Shown piece after piece: positions 1-11,500 of a DNA stretch of 64,000 nt. The translations under genes and the position numbers were made by a program. Under the pieces are notes generated by a model. The model did not search any database and was not told the DNA's origin. It worked only from the letters and a program-made list of their open reading frames with translations. This DNA comes from Lingula anatina (Eukaryota > Animalia > Brachiopoda): the NCBI GenBank assembly GCA_051362555.1, contig CM120643.1, positions 21,084,848-21,148,847 of the forward strand, in the 5' to 3' direction. Position 1 is the stretch's first letter. Each line of letters starts with the position of its first letter.

Positions 1-105
1 GCTTCCTTCTTCAACGTGGTTCTTTAAATACTATATTTTATGTCAAATTCGTGAGACATATGAAGACTGTGTGCTGGGAACCGGTTGTTATAAACTTTTT
101 ACATA

Positions 106-1398
106 TAAAACTATGCCCTGGACTTCGCTTGATTTAGTAGAGTTTTATTAAAGCTTGGGCTCATAATAAGGCATTCCGTTTTAGCTTACTTTAATTACGC
201 AAAAGCAATCCGAAGATTCCACGGTTTCTTCAGATATTATGCAAGGTCGTACACAGAAAACCCCAGCTCACACAAAGTCAGTGATACGTTTTATTCGACG
301 ACGCTTAGTAACTACACGATGCCAAGTTTCCAACCTCGTAACTTTCGTCTGCCTGCTTGTTTCTCCAAGCCTTAATTTTTCAATCCCCTTCATTTTATCA
401 AGAGCCCTCTTATGTATCCAACGTACTATCCTTAAGCCACGTGTTGCATACAAATCTTCATTACTGCAGTTTATTACTATGTCAGCGTTACTTTAAATCG
501 CCTCAGGATACATAAGGCCCCAGTTTCACACAAAAAATTAAGTCAGTTCCCTGCATGAGGGGCTCGTTATTTTGAGTCAGTTTCATTTGCATGAGAGTGT
601 TGTAACACTGTTCAGGGTTAGATGTGCGCATATGACCATGTAACGTCGGTAATTAAGTTCTGAGTCAGGGAACCTGACTTAATTGTGTTTTGTGAAACTG
701 GAACAAGGACTCTTGGGCGACATCACGTCCGTTTGTGATATAAAATTTGTAATCCAGTAAAAACCGTTTTGTAGGACATATCATGGATACATATTTGGGC
801 TGCAATTTATTCTTTATGAAGGTTTAACAATTCTAATGTTCCTCAGAAAAAAACTTAATATGCCTTTTGGTATTCATGAAATACATCTGGAAGAAACCTT
901 TTCAAAATTCTGTGGAAAATGCAGTTAGAAGTAGAATTTAGATAATGTGGAGTTTCAACTCTGCCATGCCTAAAAACAAACAATCGAAAATCTAAAAAAA
1001 TTTAAGAGTCTACTAGCAAATTCGGATGTAGAGAAGCTCTTTAAGAAACAGCATGACATGGCAATGGAACTCAGCTTGCTTTTAGAGTAATGCTATAATT
1101 TTTTTACAATTAAAACTATGCCCTGGACTTCGCTTGATTTAGTAGAGTTATTAAAGCTTCCATGGGCTCAAAATAAGGCATTCCGTTTTAGCTTACTTTA
1201 ATTACGCAAAAGTAATCCGAAGATTCCACGGTTTCTTCAGATTTTATGCAAGGTCATACACAGAAAACCCCAGCTCAAACAAAGTCAGTGATACGTTTTA
1301 TTCGACGACGCTTAGTAACTACACGATGCCAAATTTCCAACCTCGAAACTTTCGTCTGTGTGCTTGGTTCTCCAAGTCTTAATTTTTCAATCCCCCTT
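106..1398. repeat. Pair of ~285-bp direct repeats (about 106-390 and 1111-1398)
   Basis: taaaactatgccctggacttcgc...aatttttcaatccc occurs twice with few mismatches. Confidence 0.9.
520..701. mobile_element. Small MITE-like element with ~35-bp imperfect TIRs
   Basis: ccagtttcacacaaaaaattaagtcagttccctg ... cagggaacctgacttaattgtgttttgtgaaactgg. Confidence 0.6.
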
Positions 1399-1603
1399 CA
1401 ATGCTATAAATTACTTGTCTTTGTGTAAAAGAGAGAAAAAACTTTACAATAAATTGTTCGGCTTAGCAAATATTCCTAAATTAGGCAACAAAAAGAAATA
1501 TTGAAACTAAGTCAATAAAATCTAAAAAACATTTTAAAGACTTTCACATCCTGTTGTTTCATTTTTGATATTCTGCAGGGCTTTACTTATTTCCCAGTAA
1601 GTA

Positions 1604-2086
1604 CCCAGCAGGCATAGTGACATTGGATCAACGTTGAAAACAGGTTGGGGCGTTGAATCGCCGTTGATCTACCTAAATTCAACGTCAAATCAATGTTGAT
1701 CCAGCCACATTAAAACGCCGTCATAATGTGACGTTGATTCAACGTTGTATTTTGGTCATTGACTCAACGTTGTTGTTTGGTCGTCGTGATGCAAGACATG
1801 GATCGTAATTTAAAATATTAATTATTGAAAACGTGACACTATAATGTTTATCAATACTGTAACGAACTTTATCAAAATATTAAAAACGGTGCTTTAAAGT
1901 AAAAGTGACAGTTGTTTTGTGTCTTTAGTGAACTAGTGAATTATCTTATCATGTTATTCAGAAATACATTCCAATATACTTCCTTGCAAGGTCAGCTAAC
2001 ACTAGGACGAAGTCGCTGTAAATGTAAAAGTTAACAATGTTGACAGTTCACGGTACCTGTTATAGACAGGTTGAGGTGACCGTGAC

Positions 2087-2123
<37 letters not shown>

Positions 2124-2541
2124 CCTTGGAAACCCTAACTTAAAGGCCATACATATACACCCTACATATATTTAGCCATCAAGCGCGTCCTACTGCTAAA
2201 CACACCCAGGCTAAAAGCGTGTAACATGCTCAGGGGCAAAACATGCTGAGGAGCTAAATGCGTTGAAAAAATGAGACAAAACAGGCACTTAGATGTTTTT
2301 ACAGTGTAATATAATTGTGTACCTTTGTTTTGTACCAAAAATAAAAACATTCAAGGTCATTTTAATGTCTTTTCATGCAAGAATCTTGTCTAACAACTGA
2401 TACAATGTTGTTATCTGACGTTGATACAACGTTGTTATTTGACGTTGATCCATCTTTTAAATCCAATAATAATCCAATGTCTTGTCAACGTTATAGTTCA
2501 ACATTGTTTTAATGTTGAAACAACATGATTTGACCGCTGGG
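1604..2541. mobile_element. Non-autonomous CCC..GGG-terminal TIR element (CMC/EnSpm-like), TA duplication
   Basis: ta|CCCAGCAGGCA ... GACCGCTGGG|ta; subterminal CAACGTTG-type palindromes at both ends; same termini as 19626-21929. Confidence 0.75.
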
Positions 2542-2882
2542 TAATGTCTCCTTCCAATTCGTTATGCTTTTTGTAACTGGCCTCATTAGCCTTCACATTC
2601 CAAAAGGCAATTGTTCATTAAATATAAGACCCCAGAACAGTAGTAGGCGTAAGTGGCACTGATGTCAGGCACGCCTACTGCAGCTGTTAGGGAGTAATTA
2701 AACAAATGATGTGATTAAACCATGTATTTCAACTTAATTTAGAAATATTTAAATGGCAGATGCAATATTCTGTAAGAATGTTTCATAATTTTCAGCTGTA
2801 ATTTCAGTTCTCAGGTAAAGAAAAAAAATCATGAGAAGGTACCTCTTCAGCATTGCCCTCTTTTCAACCATTTGGAATAAAG

Positions 2883-5800
2883 GAATAAGAGGCACAGAAG
2901 GCCCACCAGGCACAGGAGGTCCACCAGGCACAGGAGGTCCACCAGGTACTGGAGGCCCACCAGGAACAGGAGGTCCACCAGGAACAGGAGGCCCACCAGG
3001 TACAGGAGGTCCACCAGGAACAGGAGGTCCACCAGGAACAGGAGGTCCACCAGGAACAGGAGGCCCACCAGGCACAGGAGGTCCACCAGGCACAGGAGGT
3101 CCACCAGGCACAGGAGGTCCACCAGGAACAGGAGGTCCACCTGGTACAGGAGGTCCACCAGGAACAGGAGGTCCACCAGGAACAGGAGGTCCACCAGGAA
3201 CAGGAGGTCCACCAGGTACTGGAGGCCCACCAGGCACTGGGGGCCCACCAGGTACAGGTGGTCCCCCAGGAACAGGAGGTCCCCCAGGAACAGGAGGTCC
3301 ACCAGGTACAGGAGGTCCACCAGGTACAGGAGGTCCACCAGGTACAGGAGGTCCCCCAGGAACAGGAGGTCCACCAGGAACAGGTGGTCCACCAGGTACT
3401 GAAGGCCCACCAGGCACAGGAGGTCCACCAGGCACAGGTGGTCCACCAGGTACAGGAGGTCCACCAGGTACTGGAGGCCCACCAGGAACAGGAGGTCCAC
3501 CAGGTACAGGAGGTCCACCAGGCACTGGAGGCCCACCAGGAACAGGAGGTCCACCAGGCACAGGAGGTCCACCAGGTACTGGAGGCCCACCAGGAACAGG
3601 AGGTCCACCAGGCACTGGGGGCCCACCAGGTACAGGAGGTCCACCAGGCACAGGAGGTCCACCAGGAACAGGAGGCCCACCAGGTACAGGAGGTCCACCA
3701 GGCACAGGAGGTCCACCAGGCACAGGAGGTCCACCAGGAACAGGAGGTCCCCCAGGAACAGGAGGTCCACCAGGTACAGGAGGTCCACCAGGTACAGGAG
3801 GTCCACCAGGCACAGGAGGTCCACCAGGCACAGGAGGTCCACCAGGTACAGGAGGCCCACCAGGTACTGGAGGCCCACCAGGAACAGGAGGTCCACCAGG
3901 CACAGGAGGCCCACCAGGAACAGGAGGTCCACCAGGCACAGGAGGTCCCCCAGGAACAGGAGGTCCACCAGGTACAGGAGGTCCACCAGGCACTGGGGGC
4001 CCACCAGGTACAGGAGGTCCACCAGGCACAGGAGGTCCACCAGGCACAGGAGGCCCACCAGGAACAGGAGGTCCACCAGGTACAGGTGGTCCACCAGGAA
4101 CAGGAGGTCCCCCAGGAACAGGAGGTCCACCAGGAACAGGAGGTCCACCAGGTACAGGAGGTCCACCAGGTACTGGAGGCCCACCAGGAACAGAAGGTCC
4201 ACCAGGTACAGGAGGTCCACCAGGTACTGGAGGCCCACCAGGAACAGGAGGTCCACCAGGTACAGGAGGTCCACCAGGTACAGGAGGTCCACCAGGTACT
4301 GGAGGCCCACCAGGAACAGGTGGTCCACCAGGCACAGGAGGCCCACCAGGAACAGGAGGTCCACCAGGAACAGGAGGTCCACCAGGTACAGGTGGTCCAC
4401 CAGGCACAGTAGGTCCCCCAGGAACAGGAGGTCCACCAGGCACAGGAGGTCCACCAGGCACTGGAGGCCCACCAGGAACAGGAGGTCCACCAGGCACTGG
4501 AGGCCCACCAGGAACAGGAGGTCCACCAGGCACAGGAGGTCCACCAGGTACTGGAGGCCCACCAGGAACAGGAGGTCCACCAGGCACAGGAGGTCCACCA
4601 GGTACTGGAGGCCCACCAGGAACAGGAGGTCCACCAGGCACTGGAGGCCCACCAGGAACAGGAGGTCCACCAGGCACAGGAGGTCCACCAGGTACTGGAG
4701 GCCCACCAGGAACAGGAGGTCCACCAGGCACTGGGGGCCCACCAGGTACAGGAGGTCCACCAGGCACAGGAGGTCCACCAGGAACAGGAGGCCCACCAGG
4801 TACAGGAGGTCCACCAGGCACAGGAGGTCCACCAGGCACAGGAGGTCCACCAGGAACAGGAGGTCCACCAGGTACTGGAGGCCCACCAGGAACAGGAGGT
4901 CCACCAGGCACTGGGGGCCCACCAGGTACAGGAGGTCCACCAGGCACAGGAGGTCCACCAGGTACTGGAGGGCCACCAGGAACAGGAGGCCCACCAGGTA
5001 CAGGAGGTCCACCAGGAACAGGAGGTCCCCCAGGAACAGGAGGTCCACCAGGAACAGGAGGTCCACCAGGAACAGGAGGCCCACCAGGAACAGGAGGTCC
5101 ACCAGGCACAGGAGGACCACCAGGCACAGCAGGTCCACCAGGCACAGGAGGTCCACCAGGAACAGGAGGCCCACCAGGTACAGGAGGTCCACCAGGCACA
5201 GGAGGTCCACCAGGCACAGGAGGCCCACCAGGAACAGGAGGTCCACCAGGAACAGGAGGTCCACCAGGTACAGGAGGTCCACCAGGAACAGGAGGTCCAC
5301 CAGGCACAGGAGGTCCACCAGGCACAGGAGGTCCACCAGGAACAGGAGGTCCACCAGGTACTGGAGGCCCACCAGGAACAGGAGGTCCACCAGGCACTGG
5401 GGGCCCACCAGGTACAGGAGGTCCACCAGGCACAGGAGGTCCACCAGGTACTGGAGGTCCACCAGGCACTGGGGGCCCACCAGGTACAGGTGGTCCACCA
5501 GGAACAGGAGGTCCCCCAGGAACAGGAGGTCCACCAGGTACAGGAGGTCCACCAGGTACAGGAGGTCCACCAGGCACAGGAGGTCCACCAGGCACAGGAG
5601 GTCCACCAGGTACAGGAGGCCCACCAGGAACAGGAGGTCCACCAGGCACAGGAGGTCCACCAGGTACTGGAGGCCCACCAGGAACAGGAGGTCCACCAGG
5701 CACTGGGGGCCCACCAGGTACAGGAGGTCCACCAGGCACAGGAGGTCCACCAGGAACAGGAGGCCCACCAGGTACAGGAGGTCCACCAGGCACAGGAGGT

Positions 5801-8561
5801 CCACCAGGCACAGGAGGTCCACCAGGAACAGGAGGTCCACCAGGTACTGGAGGCCCACCAGGAACAGGAGGTCCACCAGGCACTGGGGGCCCACCAGGTA
5901 CAGGAGGTCCACCAGGCACAGGAGGTCCACCAGGTACTGGAGGTCCACCAGGCACTGGGGGCCCACCAGGTACAGGTGGTCCACCAGGCACTGGGGGCCC
6001 ACCAGGTACAGGAGGTCCATCAGGCACAGGAGGTCCACCAGGAACAGGAGGCCCACCAGGTACAGGAGGTCCACCAGGCACAGGAGGTCCACCAGGCACA
6101 GGAGGTCCACCAGGAACAGGAGGTCCACCAGGTACTGGAGGCCCACCAGGAACAGGAGGTCCACCAGGCACTGGGGGCCCACCAGGTACAGGAGGTCCAC
6201 CAGGCACAGGAGGTCCACCAGGTACTGGAGGTCCACCAGGCACTGGAGGCCCACCAGGAACAGGAGGTCCACCAGGCACTGGGGGCCCACCAGGAACAGG
6301 AGGTCCACCAGGAACAGGAGGTCCACCAGGAACAGGAGGCCCACCAGGAACAGGAGGTCCACCAGGCACAGGAGGACCACCAGGCACAGCAGGTCCACCA
6401 GGCACAGGAGGGCCACCAGGAACAGGAGGCCCACCAGGTACAGGAGGTCCACCAGGCACAGGAGGTCCACCAGGCACAGGAGGTCCACCAGGTACTGGAG
6501 GTCCACCAGGCACTGGGGGCCCACCAGGTACAGGTGGTCCACCAGGAACAGGAGGTCCCCCAGGAACAGGAGGTCCACCAGGAACAGGAGGTCCACCAGG
6601 AACAGGAGGTCCACCAGGAACAGGAGGTCCACCAGGCACAGGAGGACCACCAGGCACAGCAGGTCCACCAGGCACAGGAGGGCCACCAGGAACAGGAGGC
6701 CCACCAGGTACAGGAGGTCCACCAGGCACAGGAGGTCCACCAGGTACAGCAGGTCCACCAGGCACAGGAGGGCCACCAGGAACAGGAGGTCCACCAGGTA
6801 CAGGAGGTCCACCAGGTACGGGAGGTCCACCAGGTACTGGAGGCCCACCAGGAACAGGAGGTCCACCAGGCACAGGAGGCCCACCAGGCACAGGAGGTCC
6901 ACCAGGAACAGTAGGTCCACCAGGCACAGGAGGCCCACCAGGAACAGGAGGTCCACCAGGAACAGGAGGTCCACCAGGAACAGGAGGTCCACCAGGTACA
7001 GGAGGTCCACCAGGAACAGGAGGTCCACCAGGTACAGGAGGCCCACCAGGAACAGGAGGTCCACCAGGAACAGGAGGTCCACCAGGCACAGGAGGCCCAC
7101 CAGGAACAGGAGGTCCACCAGGTACAGGAGGCCCACCAGGAACAGGAGGTCCACCAGGTACTGGAGGCCCACCAGGAACAGGAGGTCCACCAGGTACAGG
7201 AGGCCCACCAGGAACAGGAGGTCCACCAGGTACAGGTGGTCCACCAGGCACAGGAGGTCCCCCAGGAACAGGAGGTCCACCAGGAACAGGAGGTCCACCA
7301 GGAACAGGAGGTCCACCAGGAACAGGAGGTCCACCAGGCACAGGAGGACCACCAGGCACAGCAGGTCCACCAGGCACAGGAGGGCCACCAGGAACAGGAG
7401 GCCCACCAGGTACAGGAGGTCCACCAGGCACAGGAGGTCCACCAGGTACAGCAGGTCCACCAGGCACAGGAGGGCCACCAGGAACAGGAGGCCCACCAGG
7501 TACAGGAGGTCCACCAGGTACGGGAGGTCCACCAGGTACTGGAGGCCCACCAGGAACAGGAGGTCCACCAGGCACAGGAGGCCCACCAGGCACAGGAGGT
7601 CCACCAGGAACAGGAGGTCCACCAGGCACAGGAGGCCCACCAGGAACAGGAGGTCCACCAGGAACAGGAGGTCCACCAGGAACAGGAGGTCCACCAGGTA
7701 CAGGAGGTCCACCAGGAACAGGAGGTCCACCAGGTACAGGAGGCCCACCAGGAACAGGAGGTCCACCAGGTACAGGTGGTCCACCAGGCACAGGAGGTCC
7801 CCCAGGAACAGGAGGTCCACCAGGCACAGGAGGCCCACCAGGAACAGGAGGTCCACCAGGTACTGGAGGCCCACCAGGAACAGGAGGTCCACCAGGTACA
7901 GGAGGCCCACCAGGAACAGGAGGTCCACCAGGTACAGGTGGTCCACCAGGCACAGGAGGTCCCCCAGGAACAGGAGGTCCACCAGGCACAGGAGGCCCAC
8001 CAGGAACAGGAGGTCCACCAGGTACAGGAGGCCCACCAGGAACAGGAGGTCCACCAGGTACAGGTGGTCCACCAGGCACAGGAGGTCCCCCAGGAACAGG
8101 AGGTCCACCAGGCACAGGAGGCCCACCAGGAACAGGAGGTCCACCAGGTACTGGAGGCCCACCAGGAACAGGAGGTCCACCAGGTACAGGAGGCCCACCA
8201 GGAACAGGAGGTCCACCAGGTACAGGTGGTCCACCAGGCACAGGAGGTCCCCCAGGAACAGGAGGTCCACCAGGCACAGGAGGCCCACCAGGAACAGGAG
8301 GTCCACCAGGAACAGGAGGTCCACCAGGCACAGGAGGACCACCAGGTACAGGAGGTCCACCAGGAACAGGAGGTCCACCAGGAACAGGAGGCCCACCAGG
8401 TACAGGAGGTCCACCAGGCACAGGAGGTCCACCAGGTACTGGAGGCCCACCAGGTACAGGAGGTCCACCAGGCACAGGAGGTCCACCAGGTACTGGAGGC
8501 CCAACAGGTACAGGAGGACCACCAGGCACAGGAGGCCCACCAGGAACAGGAGGTCCACCAG
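2883..8561 (+). CDS. Repeat exon 1: (G)IR plus 315 GTGGPP-type units (5679 nt)
   Basis: Lies in ORF 2831..8584. Candidate acceptor aaAG|GA at 2881-2882; donor CCAG|gtaatt at 8562. Alternatively it starts at ATG 2831. Confidence 0.85.
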
Positions 8562-11500
8562 GTAATTCGCAATCAGTTGTCTGACTGCTGCAGCCACAGT
8601 CATAAATTGTTAAGTTACATCTCGATTAGATTACTGCAACTGCATTTTATATGGTTGTCCAAAGAAACAAATTGCCAGACTGCAGCACATTCAAAATATT
8701 TTGGCCAGATTATTAACTCGGACATCCACAAGCACGTCTCCCAAGTTTTAAAAAGTTTACACTGGCTACCTCTACAAGCCAGAATTTTATTCAAAATTTT
8801 AGTTTTTACTCACGATACTTTTCATGGATTGGCACCAATCTACATCAATGAATTAGTTAGTCACTATGTTCCAATGCGAAATCTGCGGTCTGTAGACCAA
8901 TTGCTACTCAACCCAGTAAAAATGCAATTAAAAACCTACGGTGACATATCTTTTAAAGCTGCAGGTCCAAAGGAATGGAATCTATTACCGCTGGAAATCC
9001 GAGCAATTCAGTCTACCAAACATTTAAAAAAAGAACTCAAAACATACCTTTTTTAGGAAATATTTTGATTAACTCTTAATTGGTTTTATCAATCTTGTAT
9101 TAATTGCATTTAATTGTATGGAATAATGGCTGTTTTACCTAGATTTTATTTATGATATTTTATGTAGTATTATTTATGATATTTTATGTAAAGTCTACTG
9201 AACTTTTTAAAAGATTTTAGACTTAAAATAAATTTATTATTATTAGGCACAGGAGGTCCACCAGGTACAGGAGGTCCACCAGGCACAGGAGGTCCACCAG
9301 GTACAGGAGGCCCACCAGGAACAGGAGGTCCACCAGGTACAGGAGGCCCACCAGGAACAGGAGGTCCACCAGGTACAGGAGGTCCACCAGGAACAGGAGG
9401 TCCACCAGGTACTGGAGGCCCACCAGGAACAGGAGGTCCACCAGGTACAGGTGGCCCACCAGGAACAGGAGGTCCACCAGGTACAGGTGGTCCACCAGGC
9501 ACAGGAGGTCCCCCAGGAACAGGAGGTCCACCAGGCACAGGAGGTCCACCAGGTACTGGAGGCCCACCAGGAACAGGAGGTCCACCAGGCACAGGAGGAC
9601 CACCAGGCACAGTAGGTCCACCAGGCACAGGAGGGCCACCAGGAACAGGAGGCCCACCAGGTACAGGAGGTCCACCAGGCACAGGAGGTCCACCAGGTAC
9701 TGGAGGCCCACCAGGAACAGCAGGTCCACCAGGCACAGGAGGCCCACCAGGAACAGGAGGTCCACCAGGTACAGGTGGTCCACCAGGAACAGGAGGCCCA
9801 CCAGGAACAGGAGGCCCACCAGGAACAGGAGGTCCACCAGGAACAGGAGGCCCACCAGGAACAGGAGGTCCACCAGGAACAGGAGGTCCACCAGGAACAG
9901 GAGGTCCACCAGGAACAGGAGGCCCACCAGGAACAGGAGGTCCACCAGGTACAGGAGGTCCACCAGGAACAGGAGGTCCACCAGGCACAGGAGGCCCACC
10001 AGGTACAGGAGGTCCACCAGGAACAGGAGGTCCACCAGGAACAGGAGGTCCACCAGGCACAGGAGGTCCACCAGGTACAGGAGGTCCACCAGGAACAGGA
10101 GGCCCACCAGGTACAGGAGGTCCACCAGGAACAGGAGGTCCACCAGGAACAGGAGGTCCACCAGGCACAGGAGGTCCACCAGGTACTGGAGGCCCACCAG
10201 GTACAGGAGGTCCACCAGGCACAGGAGGACCACCAGGTACTGGAGGCCCACCAGGTACAGGAGGACCACCAGGCACAGGAGGCCCACCAGGAACAGGAGG
10301 TCCACCAGGTAATTCGCAATCAGTTGTCTGACTGCTGCAGCCACAGTCATAAATTGTTTAGTTACATCTCGATTAGATAACTGCAACTCCATTTTATACG
10401 GTTGTCCAAAGAAACAAATTGCCAGACTGCAGCACATTCAAAATATTTCGTCCAGATTATTAACTCGGACATCCACAAGCAAACACGTCTCCCAAGTTTT
10501 AAAAAGTTTACACTGGCTACCTCTACAAGCCAGAATTTTATTCAAAATTTTAGTTTTTACTCACGATGCTTTTTATGGATTGGCACCAATCTACATCAAT
10601 GAATTAGTTAGTCACTATGTTCCAATGCGAAATCTGCGGTCTGTAGACCAATTGCTACTCAACCCAGTAAAAATGCAATTAAAAACCTATGGTGACATAT
10701 GTTTTAAAGCTGCAGGTCTAAAGGAATGGAATCTATTACCGCTGGAAATCCGAGCAATTCAGTCTACCAAACATTTTAAAAAAGAACTCAAAACATACCT
10801 TTTTTAGGAAATATTTTGATTAACTCTTAATTGGTTTTATCAATCTTGTATTAATTGCATTTAATTGTATGGAATAATGGCTGTTTTACCTAGATTTTAT
10901 TTATGATATTTTATGTAGTATTATTTATGATATTTTATGTAAAGTCTACTGAACATTTTAAAAGGATTTTAGACTTAAAATAAATTTATTATTATTAGGC
11001 ACAGGAGGTCCACCAGGTACAGGAGGTCCACCAGGTACTGGAGGTCCACCAGGTACAGGAGGTCCACAAGGTACTGGAGGCCCACCAGGAACAGGAGGTC
11101 CACCAGGCACAGGAGGCCCACCAGGAACAGGAGGTCCACCAGGAACAGGAGGTCCACCAGGTACTGGAGGCCCACCAGGAACAGGAGGTCCACCAGGCAC
11201 TGGGGGCCCACCAGGAACAGGAGGTCCACCAGGCACAGGAGGTCCACCAGGTACTGGAGGCCCACCAGGAACAGGAGGTCCACCAGGTACAGGTGGTCCA
11301 CCAGGAACAGGAGGTCCCCCAGGAACAGGAGGTCCACCAGGAACAGGAGGTCCCCCAGGAACAGGAGGTCCACCAGGAACAGGAGGTCCACCAGGTACTG
11401 GAGGCCCACCAGGCACAGGAGGTCCACCAGGCACAGGAGGTCCACCAGGAACAGGAGGTCCACCAGGTACTGGAGGCCCACCAGGAACAGGAGGTCCACC

